A DNA stretch of 51,308 nt from assembly GCF_001194135.2 (NCBI RefSeq), contig NC_069003.1, positions 27,662,057-27,713,364 on the forward strand. Direction: 5' to 3'. Below, one piece after another: positions 1 to 12,564 of this stretch. The number at the start of each line of letters is the position of its first letter. The first letter of the stretch is position 1. The DNA is from Octopus bimaculoides. Lineage: Eukaryota. The notes beneath the pieces were generated by a model. That model did not search any database. It had not been told where the DNA came from and saw only the letters and a program-made list of their open reading frames with translations. A program made the translations under genes and the position numbers.

Positions 1-164
1 CCCACAGAAACATAATATCTCCTCCACTATTTAAGTATTACGTGTCAAAAGTGAAACAAAAACACTCATGTCAAATACTCTCACTTTAAAAATGAAACTT
101 TTCCAGTATTTCAGTATCAAAACTGAAACAATCACATTTCGATACTGTAATTTTTGGGGGGGTT

Positions 165-975
165 AATTTACACTGCATACGAAAATACAGACATATTATC
201 ACGGAACGTTATTAAACACTCACAGATCTACGCATATATACCTGACGACTGATATGCGTGAAGTGTCAATACGAAATTTTATTTTCATTTCCTTTAAAAC
301 AATATACATTTACTGTTCCATCACCGATTAATAATTATCGCAGCAGTTGCAAGGTTGGCAGGTAAATATAAAATTCTTTGTCTCTGTACAAGTGCTTCTA
401 TCTCCTTAATTTATACTGCATACAAAAGTACAGACATACTAAATACAGTACGTTATTAAACACATACACACGCATACACATCAACACATACACATACATA
501 CCTGACGACTTAATTTTTTTTATTAACCACACAGGGTCGAAACACAGAGGGAACTACACAAGGACAGAAAAAACACAAAAGTGGAGGAAAAATAAAATCG
601 AACGAAAAGAATGGTAATGATAAATCAAAAGGTGGAATGACGTCTGCTCGAACCCCCACACTCCAGTTAACGTCAGTGAACGTTTTTAGGAAAAAAAAAA
701 TTGTCACGTGTTATTTTATTTTTGTCTCTTTCTCCTTGTTTTATATACTTTGTGGACGACTGACATGCGTGAAGTGTGAGTTGGCCAATGTCAATACAAA
801 ATTCCATTACCGGAGGATAATTATCACAGAAGTTGCAAGGTAAGACATAAAATTCTTTGACTCTCTGTAATAATTATTGTGGTATTTACCGTTAAATTAG
901 CAGTTCCATACATGTGCTATCTCGTTCATTTGCTTATATTTCATAAATTTACACTGCATACAAAAATACGGACAT
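165..975. repeat. Diverged tandem-like duplication of a ~240-270 bp unit (partial copies)
   Basis: AATTTA(C/T)ACTGCATAC(G/A)AAA recurs at 165, 408 and 946; GACGACTGA(T/C)ATGCGTGAAGTGT at 244 and 755; GTTGCAAGG at 347 and 833; ATAAAATTCTTTG at about 368 and 848. Confidence 0.7.
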
Positions 976-1126
976 AATATATATTTACAATTGCTTACAA
1001 AAATAGAGATTAATGTATATTTTTTCTATGTTCATAATTTTTATGTTTACAATATTGAAACCGAAGAAAAGACGTAATCTCTCCAGAAACACGTATAAAG
1101 CGAGGACGTTTTAGTAGTAGTAGTAC

Positions 1127-1338
1127 TTTTGGTAACAAGACCAGCTAATTTCAGGGATGGGGGGAAAGGGAGTCCGTTTACATCAACCTAGTGTTGAACT
1201 GGTACTCATTTTATCGGCACTCGAGAAGATGAATGGCTAAGTCGAACTCTGCAGAATTTGAACTCAGACCGTAAAGACGTACGAAATACCACTTAGCATT
1301 TTGCCTGGGATGTTAACAATTCTGCTAGCGCACCGTCT
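1127..1338 (-). mobile_element. tRNA-derived SINE, family A
   Basis: Reverse complement reads GGTGCGCTAGCAGAATTGTTAAC...GAGTTCAAATTC (B-box-like)...GATAAAATGAGTACCAGT, matching the other family A copies in the window. Confidence 0.75.
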
Positions 1339-1793
1339 GTAATAATAATGATAATAATAATTATAATTATAATAATAATTAAAAAAGTGATAATGATGAG
1401 AATTAACCGTTTTGTTAAATTTTCTTAGAAAAAATTTTTTTTTTCTAAGAGTAAATATAATTCGATTTGCTGCGGTTCCTGAGTCATTCCACTATTTGTG
1501 GAAGACATCAATAAATCCATAGGGTGAGATATACAACCTTTCTGGTGTTATTTCAGGATCTTCCTTGTTAGCGATGTCAAAAATAGAAGCAAACCATCGC
1601 AACTGAAGGTCAAACACAATAAGATTAATTTCTTATTACTTACTGAAATAGACTGAGTAGTCAAGAATAGCAACGACAAACGGTGTTAGTCATCCAGCGG
1701 CAGCCATCAACGACAAGATGCGGCCATGTTTACCGGAAATCCACGTCGAAGTATAACCACGTATATGGTTATATGCAAGCATATGTATATGAA

Positions 1794-1867
<74 letters not shown>

Positions 1868-1881
1868 CATACACACATATA

Positions 1882-1983
1882 CAGTAGAACCTCGCAGTAC
1901 GAGTAATTTGCTGTACGAACCAAGACTCGTACGTATTTTTTGTCTTGAAGTACGAGTGGAAATCCGCAGTACGAGCGAGTTTC
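1882..1983 (+). mobile_element. Tc1/mariner-superfamily (Tigger/pogo-like) MITE left-end fragment
   Basis: TA followed by CAGTAGAACCTCG, a Tigger-like terminus, with internal repeats of CGCAGTACGAG. No right end found. Confidence 0.55.
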
Positions 1984-2394
1984 ATAAAGGGTAAAACTCA
2001 TTAATGATTTTTACCAGGTGGTCAGCGCGGAAATAAAAACCTCATAGTTAAATTTTACAAATATTTTATAATTATAATTATATACATAATTATAACAAGG
2101 GATTGGCTATATGCCTCACCAAGCACTGTAAAAATAGACACCAAAAGACACTATTACCACTATAAATTCTCGGAGAATAACACCTCACATAATATATAGA
2201 ATTTATTTCTATAGTTAATAGATTTAAAGAAACGTTTCTTATTGTGATTGTATCAAATATATTTTTTGCAAAATTTTACGTGTGTGTGTGTAAATATTTT
2301 AACAAATGAGTCTTAAGCTGCCAATGCGGTGTTAAGTAATGATTTTCATTGTTCGATATTTACGCATATATATATAAATATATATTTATTATAT

Positions 2395-2660
2395 CACGTG
2401 ATCACGTGACCGACCAGGCTATCAGATGCTGTTACACATCGCTGGTCACAGTGCGCTTTTGTATTGATTTACCCTTCAAATGATGCCACCTCGACGGCTA
2501 GACGTGCAGGCCAACATTTCCCACCGATCGAAGCGGGAATGGAACAATGTGAAATGAAATGTTTTGCTCAAGAACACAACACGCCGCCCAGTCAAGGAAT
2601 TGAACCCACGATGTAGCGATCGTCAGTGCCACAGCCGAACCACTAGTCCACGCACCTTCA
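2395..2660 (-). mobile_element. tRNA-derived CORE-like SINE, family B
   Basis: Minus strand has A-box-like TGGACTAGTGG, B-box GGTTCAATTCC, then TGTGTTCTTGAGCAAAACATTTCATTTCAC shared with other family B copies. Confidence 0.75.
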
Positions 2661-2719
2661 CATATTTGTGACATATGTATGCGTATATAAATATATATTT
2701 ATTATATATGTATGTGTAA

Positions 2720-3010
2720 GGCGGCGCGCTGGCAGAAACGTTAGCACGCCGGGCGAAGAACTTAGCGGTATTTCGTCTGTCTGTATGTTCTGAGTTCAAA
2801 TTTCGCCGAGATCGACTTCGCCTTTCATCCTTTTGGGTGATGCTTTTTTTTTAAGCGTTGCTGTTATTGTTAATAAATATGTTGAATAATTCAATGTACA
2901 TGATACACGAAGGAAGATATTTTACAAAAGATATGCATTCTTGTTATGCAACACTTGCGTACTGGGGTCGATCTAATCAATTGGCTTCTTCCCCCCAAAA
3001 TTTCGGGCTT
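2720..3010 (+). mobile_element. SINE family A, interrupted by ~115 bp of unrelated sequence (about 2840-2955)
   Basis: Head GGCGGCGCGCTGGCAGAAACGTTAGC, B box GAGTTCAAATTTC, body GATCGACTTCGCCTTTCATCC; resumes at TTGCGTACTGGGGTCGATCTAATC. Confidence 0.8.
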
Positions 3011-3867
3011 TGTGTATGTGTCTGGATCTGTGTTAAAACTGGTGTTTATATGAGCTCGACAAATCGTCAAGAATAAAAAGGTACCAGACTGAAATCATTC
3101 TTGTGGATCGCACTACTCAGCATGGCTGCTGTCCGAGCACGCGTGTGTGCGCGTAAGCGATGGCGCTTGTGTCTGTGCCTATATATAGGCATAAATATGT
3201 TTGTTTACACCCGAGGGAAAAAATAGATCATCGATATTCCCGATTTTTTTTTCACTTAGCAGAATGCTATAAACAGCTGTAGAAATTGATGTTGCTTTTC
3301 AGAAAATAATTATTTGTTCATGGGAGTTTATTTTTGAAATTCAGAAAAAAATTTTAGCTTATTTTAATACTTTTATTTTGATTTTATTTCTTTCATATTT
3401 TTTATTTTTATTTATTAAGAAGGTTTTTAAATGAGGTAGTTTTGTGTCATTATATAGAGCATGTTCTCTAAGCCTTTAGGGTTTCCAGTAAAAAATATAA
3501 ATATATATATACATATACACACACATACATACACACACATTAGTTTCTATTGAAAAGAGAGGGAATAATATTTCGTTACTTGATTAAAGTTGATGGCTTC
3601 AGGCACCATTAAAAATAAAGCATAAAGAAAGATTAGATGTTCCATTAACCATTATCTGTCAAACTAGGAAAAAAGGTGGTCAATAACATTAAAATAAACA
3701 AAAATAAAACGTGTGCGATAAATTTAGACTCTGGGTTCAAGAGATAAAAGTTTCCTCTGAAAATTGGTTGCTCTTGACTGGAAGGAAGTATATTTTGCAG
3801 ATGAATTGAATTCGAAGTATTCATGTAAAACATCTAAACAGATATACACTTAGATCTCTTAAATATT

Positions 3868-3990
3868 CGGGATCTGTGCCTTTCATCCTTTAGAGGGTCG
3901 ATCAAATAAGTACCAGTTACGCACTGGGCTCGATTTAATCTACTAGTCTCCCACTCCGAAATTTCAGCCCTTTTGTCTATAGCAGAAAGG
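3868..3990 (+). mobile_element. SINE family A, 3' half
   Basis: GCCTTTCATCCTTTAGAGGGTCGATCAAATAAGTACCAGTTACGCACTGGG body motif. Confidence 0.7.
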
Positions 3991-4785
3991 ATCTTCATCA
4001 TCATTATTAATAATTCGCAGAATCTGCACAGCGCTGAAATACCATTTTCTGAGATCAAATTCTGACGTGATCTCTTTTACCATATTCCCCCATCTATACA
4101 TACGGTCCATTCAATTGACTATACACAATGTCCTCATTTACCACCACCACACCCTTCCGCCCCCATTCACACTCAACCACTTTTTGCCAATGCACATAAT
4201 CTATTATTCAAAAGACTATTTCGGTCTTTTGAAAGGAATTATCCGTTGAGATTTAACAATAAATCTTCTCTGGTCCTTGTAACAGAGATTATTGCAAAAT
4301 AAAAGCAGTTTTTACAATAATTCATTCATCAGAATCTTTGCTCAAGTGTCTATCTACTGACTTACTAGCCGACTACCTATACACTATGGAATTCACCTGG
4401 TTGCCAACGTATTTTAGATCTTTTTCTCTCTGATGGCTATACAACGATAATTCTACTCTACACATATTTTACAGTTGGTTACTATCACAAGCTTCAAAGG
4501 CTCATAAGCTTATCTTTATAATGAAATATTCCACTGCTGCATTTTTTATTTATTTATCGTTATTCTTTTATTTTCTGTTATGTATTTCCATGCATTGTTA
4601 TTTATTGTTCTCGTTATATCTATCTTTCTTTGTAATTCATGTTTTGTCTTTCTTTAGTATTCTTTACTATATCCTTTTTTATCATTTTTTTCTGAATAGT
4701 TGATACGAAACTATACATTTGTATATCTTTCAGTCTGCTCCTCCCTAATTACATCAACTCCTCAATGTATATGTCTTAAACATAA

Positions 4786-4846
<61 letters not shown>

Positions 4847-6009
4847 NNNNNNNNNNNNNNNNNNNNNNNNNNNNNNNNNNNNNNNNNNNNNNNNNNNNNN
4901 NNNNNNNNNNNNNNNNNNNNNNNNNNNNNNNNNNNNNNNNNNNNNNNNNNNNNNNNNNNNNNNNNNNNNNNNNAATAAATAAATAAATAAGAAAATATGT
5001 CTGAACATTCAATTTGATATCAATATTTCCTGCTGTAAAACAGTGTTAGAACATATCAATATATATTAATCTATATTGGCCTATATATTGCAATACTCTT
5101 CTGATATTCTTCTTCCATGAAAACTCAACGTCATCAATAACAATGGCGGCTACAGCTATGATTTAGAATCCAGACAATCAATTCTACTTAGAGACGCTAA
5201 CGGAATTAGTTAGGATCGATATATACATATATATTTATGACATCGTAAGTATTTGGGAAATTATACATAACTTTTCAAGTTAGTTGCGAAAAAAAAAAAT
5301 AAAGGAAGATAATTTTGTCGATCACTGTCGAACTTTCTCCCTCAAAAAAAAATAATATTGTTTTGTGTTTATAGGTTGAGCTGCAGTCGACTTTATGTCT
5401 GGAGATAATTGTCAAAGTTATTATTTCATCGATTTTTCTTCACTGATCTATAGATTATTTTACATTTTTGGCAAAATTTCCCCAAGAATATATTGTGTTT
5501 TCACATAGAATAATTAATAATGCCTCGAACACCCACTCACGGACACACAGACAGAAGCTATAGGCTTTCTTCGTCCATCTGTACTACAATATAAACGATG
5601 GATCAAAGAACACTTGTGTAAGCTCGTAAATAAGTAAATAAAATGGAAGAGAGAGAGAGAGAGGAAGACAGGCAATATGATCAGTGTTTTTATACAAAAA
5701 GGATTCAACAGTAAGACATTTAAAGACTACTCTAGGCAATCTCCGACTGAATTAATCGTTTATTTGATATTTTTATCTAAATATTCAATAAACTATGTCC
5801 AGAATAACTTTCGAGAGCTAAAAATTCTTTGCACTTTTAAAAGGCCTTCAATAACATCACCCAAGTGGAACCGTGGTCAGAAAACTGGAAGGATGTATTA
5901 CTGCATTGCTCTTTCAAATCTCTGGTTTCAAATCTTGTCCAGATCAACTTCGCTTTTTACCTTTACAAGGATTCATAAATATAGAACTAGTCTTGTACTT
6001 GGGGGGCGA

Positions 6010-6440
6010 TTATTACTATTAGTATTATTATTGTTCAGTAGTTTTATTTTTATAACGTGCTTTCACTTCACTACCAAGCGCAACACTGTGTGCCTTGGAT
6101 ACATGCTGTAGTTTGTTGTGATGCTCTTATTTTTACTATATTGAAAGTGTTTTGCGTAGGATGTGTGCAGTGCCCAGTAGTGCAATTTTCTGTATGTTAT
6201 ATATATTTGTAAGTCCTGGTGTTTTTGTTATGTATTTGTCTGAATATTTTTTTTATTATACCTGAGGCACCTACTATGATAGGAATTGTTTCTGTTTTTA
6301 GATTCCACATTCGAGTTACCTCTATTTCCAGGTTTTTGAATTTTGAAAGTTTTTCCATTTCATTAAGGGAAACGTTGTTATCTACTGGTATTGATACATC
6401 AATTAGAAAGCATTCTTTTTTCTTCATGATCTTTGACATT
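6010..6440 (-). mobile_element. R4/Dong-like non-LTR retrotransposon 3' fragment (REL endonuclease C-terminus, 3'UTR, (TAA)n-like tail)
   Basis: ORF 6197-6514(-) includes KKECFLIDVSIPVDNNVSLNEMEKLSKFKNLEIEVTRMW..IPIIVGASG, typical of the end of REL-type LINE ORFs; followed by AATAAAA and a TAA-rich tail at about 6010-6045. Confidence 0.85.
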
Positions 6441-6441
6441 A

Positions 6442-6483
<42 letters not shown>

Positions 6484-7450
6484 CTTCATAATCCAGTGTA
6501 GATAAAAAATGCACCAGAATCTTTAGTCATCTGTCAAGTCACAACAAGGACCTCAGACAGATAATACTTTCCTTAAGATGTTCCCAATAAGGCTGCTTTT
6601 TGCAAGACATCAATCTTGCATGGGATTTCCAGTTGTCTTAAAAAGTTTTGAAGTTTCAATGGGACTGAGCCCAATGCTCCGATCACCACTGGTATCACTT
6701 TTACATGACCCTCTCGCATTCCATACAGTTTTGCCATTTCCACTTTCAATTTGGAGTACTTGGTTATTTTTTCAACCTCTTTACTCACAACATTCATGTC
6801 ATTTGTTGTGGCTACATCAATGACCTGACAGTATTTGTCTCTCTTATTCAATATGACAATATCCGGCTGAAGGTGTTCGATTACACGATCCGTCTGAAAA
6901 TCATAATATCCTTACCTTTCCATCCTCCCGCATAACTTTACTTGCTCATGCTCATACCAGTTCTCTGTTACTTCATATTGGTATTTACAACATAAGAGCC
7001 AATGAAGATACGCACACACTTTATCGTGGCGGCGCTTGTATTCTTTTTGTGCAAGGATCCCACATCCGCTTACCAAGTGGGTCACATTTTCCACACTCTT
7101 TCCACAAAGTCTGAATTTCTGGGTGTCAGACGTTTTATAGATGTTATACTTCACTGAATTGGTGGCGAGAGCCTAGTGCAGCAATGATCAGGCTTTCGGT
7201 GGTACGCTTCAAAGCACTTCGCTCAAGCTATGCCCACGATGTTGTATTATCCTTAACGTCCTGTGTATTCCTTTCAAACTGTCCATGCATTCTCATTCCA
7301 AGAAGGTCTTCTTTTCTCTTCTCCTCAGCTCTTTAGTTAATCTATTCCTTGCCCATCTTCCTACAAATCTATATATGGGGTCACCAAACATTTTTAAGTG
7401 CTTAAGGTCTCTACGGGTATTAATCAGGCCCTGGTAAAAATGCATAAGCG
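6440..7450 (-). mobile_element. R4/Dong-like non-LTR retrotransposon 3' part (zinc knuckle and REL endonuclease), degraded
   Basis: MHGQFER motif; CRLCGKSVENVTHLVSGC (CCHC knuckle); RRHDKV..LHW; QPDIVILNKRDKYCQVIDVA (PD..D); EKITKYSKL; IPVVIGALG; LQKAALLGT. Ends in an ATT repeat on + at about 6440-6482, i.e. a (TAA)n tail. Confidence 0.9.
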
Positions 7451-7499
7451 ATAAAGCAATCATACTGAAAATGTTGAGACAATGAATGATATTAACATC

Positions 7500-9470
7500 A
7501 CGAACGTATATATTCGCAAGCAGCCTAAATGACCAATATATATCCAGATTTTGTACCGTGTTCCTGTCTGAAAGATTTACAAGTCTTCAGGAAACCATAG
7601 CGCTACAAATAAACGGATGCACGCCGGAAGGACATTTATTACAATGTTTAACAAAAGGAAGACTAGCTTGATTCTGAAAGACAAATTTACAGGAAGCGTT
7701 CTCTCAAATGACCGACCAATTATATGTCTGCTTCTTTTGAGGAAAATCTTAACAGGGATAATTTCAAGAGAAATACGCCAAGACCTATGTGAGAAACACC
7801 TAATGATTAAGGAAAAGAAAAGTTGTTGAAAAAATAGAAAAATTCAAAGGAAGGAAAAACTAATTAGTGACAAGACAGTCTTGAGGAATTGCAGGAAGTA
7901 ATTGACCAATTTTGTGCACCGTATGGCTCGGTTGTAGAAAAACATAAGGCCTAATCCTCTAATTGTGAATCAAGAAGTGCCTAGACATGGTCTAGAACCC
8001 AAGCAATGCTAGCCTCTTATTGAAAAATAAAAACTACGATGGGATAATGGAGAGTAAAGTTAAAATCTGGAGGGAAAAGGTTAGCAGATACAGAAACCAG
8101 AAGAGAAATATTTCAAGGAGGATAACCTCTCATTTGTAATCTCACTGATACTGTTGTCGATTATACTAAACAAAGTTCAGGAAGGAGAAAGAATAGAGAA
8201 ATAGGATTTAGCTATTTAAAGAAGATTTAAAGCTTTGTGGCAATGATAAGAATCAACTGGTTTCCTTAGAATAAACCATTTGGATATTTAGTAGCGACAT
8301 TAGAATGACATACGGAAATTATTGAGATGTGTTATTATAAATATGTGGAGAAGAATCGGGAAAATTCATAAAAATTGCAGGAATAGATAGATCCGATGAC
8401 AATATAAAATTACTAAAAGTAGCAGAAACATAAATATCGGAGAATACTGAGAGGCAATAAAATATAGAAATGAAGGAAGTCGCCAGTAAAGAATATTTCC
8501 GAAGATCTTAAACTCCAAACTAAATGCAGGAAACGTTATACAAGCAATTTATTTGAGAATAGTATCGCTAATAATGGAATGGCACAGGAATTATTAAGTG
8601 GAAGAAAGACGAACTGAAGGATATCAATGGGAAAATGAGGAATCAGCTCACAGTGCATAAAATCTTGAATCCTCAATCACACTTGGAGATTTTTATACTG
8701 GAAATGGAAATAAAGAGAAAGAAGGTTAACGAGTGTAGTTGAACTGAAGGCAAATTTATCACACTATCTAGAAAAGAAAATAGAAATTCTCCTACGATTT
8801 CTGTGAAGAGACCTTCAGGACTATTTACAGAAATCTTAGAAATCGTAGACCTAGAAGGAGAGAATAGGAAAAAGTAGAAGAAAGAAAAGAAAAAAATTGG
8901 AGGAAAGAAGTTTCATTCAATGTTTTTTGTAAAAGACAGAAGAGATAAAGGCTGACAAATATACCCTCATCTGGTTAACGAAAGACGTACGGAAGAAATA
9001 AACGGAGGACTGGATTTAGCAACCGAAGATCAGATCCTCAAAGTAAATAGGATCATGATAATGATAGATTAGCAAGACTATTCACCAAAATATAGAATGT
9101 GTGATGATTCTGATGAGATAGCTTATATTCTAATGGCATGTCCACAGCTCGGTGTGAATGAATGCTGAAGGAATAAGCTTGTTAATAATGGCTGCAATAA
9201 TTCACTGAAAATTTTGCAAGAGATTAAGTTTTGCACGTACAGAAAAGAGCTATGACCGTTTTGAGAAATGGAAGTGGAAATTATCGAAAACGATAACCTG
9301 AGGTTGTTATGGGACAAACTGAAAAAAAAAAAAAAAAAGATTACAAAAAAAACAAAAAACAAAAAAAAACAGGTGTTCTAGTTGTCGATACCAAACAACT
9401 GTGTGTTGGAATCGACGTGGCATGCTGATCTGATGCCAGAGTCAAAAGGAAAGTAAAAGAAAAATCAAGG
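7500..9470 (+). mobile_element. R4/Dong-like LINE fossil (RT through REL region), many stops and frameshifts
   Basis: GRTSLILKDK..SN.RPIICL..KILTGIIS (7640-7790); IFQG region (~8110); ILNSKLNAGNVIQAI (~8505-8550); LLWD (~9305). Confidence 0.8.
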
Positions 9471-9504
9471 TTCACAGTTAGGCGTTTTCAGATTTAGTTT
9501 CATG

Positions 9505-9710
9505 TTTGCTGCACCTTTGGCGAGTTTCTTCTGCTATAGACCCACCCCACCACTAATGGCTTGTGAGTGAATTTTGTTAACGGAAATTGTTGTGTGGAAA
9601 CCGGTTGGTATATGGTGCCACGTGGTGTATAAGGTGCCACGCAGGGCGACTGAACCCGGGACCATGTGGTTGGGAAGCAAACGTCTTACCACATTGCCAC
9701 GCCTGCACCT
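9505..9710. mobile_element. SINE family C fragments (body on +, head on -)
   Basis: CACCTTTGGCGAGTTTCTTCTGCTATAG on +; CTGAACCCGGGACCATGTGGTTGGGAAGCAAAC is the reverse-complement head, as at 30121. Confidence 0.6.
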
Positions 9711-10416
9711 AGAATATAATTTTCTAAATGAAAATCTAGACAAATAAGATTAGCAATGGTGAATAGAGCATGTGAAACTTATTTCCTGCAGAAATGAATG
9801 TTATGATTTAACTACTTGTATCTTATTATGTAGTGTTTCTTTTTTCATGTTATATACAGACACTTACATGATTTCAGTTTTTTTTCTCTAGATTGTTTTC
9901 TGTTTTCTTATACTTATTCTGTTTTCTAATAACACTATATTAATCAGTGATCATATTAAATAAAATCGGATTCATGTTGTGTGTGCTCCTGTTTGTATGT
10001 CTATATGCTACAATGTATGTATGCACCTACATACGCACGGATGGATAGATGGATAGATGGATGGAGGGACGGACGGATGGATGGATGGGTGAATCTAATT
10101 GTAAATTCAAACACGAATTATTTAGCTTGAACAACTTGTTTGAAATGACGAATATCAACAGAATTGCTACGATTCTCACTCATATATGTTCTATACTATA
10201 CTTTACATATACACACACGCACACATGCGCATGAACACACTCATACACACTTATACGTGATACCCATATATATATATATATATATATATGCGTGTATGTT
10301 AGTATGTGTGTGTGTATATGTATATATATATGCGTGTATGTTAGTATGTGTGTGTGTATATGTATATATATATGCATATATGCATGTACACGTTTGTATA
10401 TATATATACACGTTTG

Positions 10417-10454
<38 letters not shown>

Positions 10455-12402
10455 GATAGATATATATAGATATGTATATATATATATATACATCTTGTTG
10501 GCATGAGTTTTAATCATGTAGTTGAGTAGGAGAATTAAACGTAAAATGTCACGAATTGAACTACTTCAGGAGGCGGAAATATAAAACATTTATTACCTTT
10601 ATCATCTAAAACATACATTCATATATATACATATATAGTATACGTACGTGTGCATGTGTGTGTATCTGTGTCTATGTGTTAGGTGGAGTGTACGTGCGCC
10701 TGCATTTTCATTATTCCATTGCAAGGATTTAGAAACTTCGAGAGATATAAGATATACTGTTTTAACTGTGAAACTCGAATCAGATAAAGTTATAAATAAC
10801 GCGGTGTAGAATAGTTTGTGAGGTACCATATCCCAACAGCTTTCTTCACATAAAATATCTTCTTATATCTCGTTTTATGAGATAAAAGCTATCCTGATAT
10901 TGTACCTCTCAAAATACTGTGTAGAATTTTGAGTTTAGAAATACATGGATGGTATATATATATATACATATATATNNNNNNNNNNNNNNNNNNNNNNNNN
11001 NNNNNNNNNNNNNNNNNNNNNNNNNNNNNNNNNNNNNNNNNNNNNNNNNNNNNNNNNNNNNNNNNNNNNNNNNNNNNNNNNNNNNNNNNNNNNNNNNNNN
11101 NNNNNNNNNNNNNNNNNNNNNNNNNNNNNNNNNNNNNNNNNNNNNNNNNNNNNNNNNNNNNNNNNNNNNNNNNNNNNNNNNNNNNNNNNNNNNNNNNNNN
11201 NNNNNNNNNNNNNNNNNNNNNNNNNNNNNNNNNNNNNNNNNNNNNNNNNNNNNNNNNNNNNNNNNNNNNNNNNNNNNNNNNNNNNNNNNNNNNNNNNNNN
11301 NNNNNNNNNNNNNNNNNNNNNNNNNNNNNNNNNNNNNNNNNNNNNNNNNNNNNNNNNNNNNNNNNNNNNNNNNNNNNNNNNNNNNNNNNNNNNNNNNNNN
11401 NNNNNNNNNNNNNNNNNNNNNNNNNNNNNNNNNNNNNNNNNNNNNNNNNNNNNNNNNNNNNNNNNNNNNNNNNNNNNNNNNNNNNNNNNNNNNNNNNNNN
11501 NNNNNNNNNNNNNNNNNNNNNNNNNNNNNNNNNNNNNNNNNNNNNNNNNNNNNNNNNNNNNNNNNNNNNNNNNNNNNNNNNNNNNNNNNNNNNNNNNNNN
11601 NNNNNNNNNNNNNNNNNNNNNNNNNNNNNNNNNNNNNNNNNNNNNNNNNNNNNNNNNNNNNNNNNNNNNNNNNNNNNNNNNNNNNNNNNNNNNNNNNNNN
11701 NNNNNNNNNNNNNNNNNNNNNNNNNNNNNNNNNNNNNNNNNNNNNNNNNNNNNNNNNNNNNNNNNNNNNNNNNNNNNNNNNNNNNNNNNNNNNNNNNNNN
11801 NNNNNNNNNNNNNNNNNNNNNNNNNNNNNNNNNNNNNNNNNNNNNNNNNNNNNNNNNNNNNNNNNNNNNNNNNNNNNNNNNNNATATATACATACATACA
11901 TATATACATACATATAATACAAGGGATATATAAGCATGTATACACACATATATGTACATACTTACATCTACATGTGTATATAGATGCATATTCGGGTACA
12001 GGACGTTAGAAAAATGAACTACAGTCAACGGAACGAACACATATAGGAAAACAAATAGCCACTTGGAATTATTCCTTCATCAGCTGCCTCTATTCTAAAC
12101 TAGGCGTTTCAAAGATACGCACACGCACACACACATAAAGAGTTTTTTAAACATCGAATGGCTATGGGTGTCCACCCGAGTAAAATATGGACCAAGGGTA
12201 TCCCTCCATATACCAAATTAGTTGAGAACAATTGCTATAAAGGCTCTTTTGTTGGCTCGGTTCAGTCTTAAAGTACAAAACTGAGATTTCCTGAAATTAA
12301 AATTTATTCATATTTACTGCCAAGCTAACGTGGCAGTCCAGAGAAATAGGACGAAGGCTGCTGTTGATTAGTTCCGAGAGGTGATCGCCTCTAGATAGCT
12401 AT

Positions 12403-12514
12403 ATGAGGCACAAATCTGTGCCCATAGAACCTTCGAACAGGGGCGGTGACCGCAACTACCCCCGAAACCGGTCTGTAAAATTTATTCGTTTTCATGTTAA
12501 TGGATTCGATCTCG
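12403..12514 (+). other. Candidate first coding exon (MRHKSVPIEPSNRGGDRNYPRNRSVKFIRFHVNGFDL)
   Basis: ATG after an in-frame stop, 37 open codons, donor TCG|GTAAAG, in a GC-enriched unique island; no homology recognised. Confidence 0.2.
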
Positions 12515-12564
12515 GTAAAGTGAAACCTGCAGATTAATGGACAATGTATCAACGGGTCATTCGA

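Noticed and set aside
3720-3800. ENWLLLTGRKY peptide resembling a Nup210 segment
   Set aside because: Similarity is limited to a few residues, the frame stops immediately afterwards, and no other matching exons were found.
7450-7500. Twin-priming inversion joining the minus and plus LINE fossils
   Set aside because: Both copies cover the same C-terminal region and differ in sequence, so they are independent insertions.
10889-12040. Long ORFs (up to 383 aa) in the ORF track here and at the other gaps
   Set aside because: They consist of X codons from N-gaps plus (TA)n/(CA)n translations (YIYI, HTHT, CVCV); no coding evidence.
12040-12120. CTGATGAAGG on the minus strand with an upstream GAAACG
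   Set aside because: Could not build stems I-III in any hammerhead topology; probably a repeat remnant but not supportable as a ribozyme.
12433-12476. Partial hammerhead look-alike (GGGG..CCCC-GAAA-CCGGTC)
   Set aside because: The 5' core reads UCGAACA (three of six conserved positions wrong) and no stem I forms.
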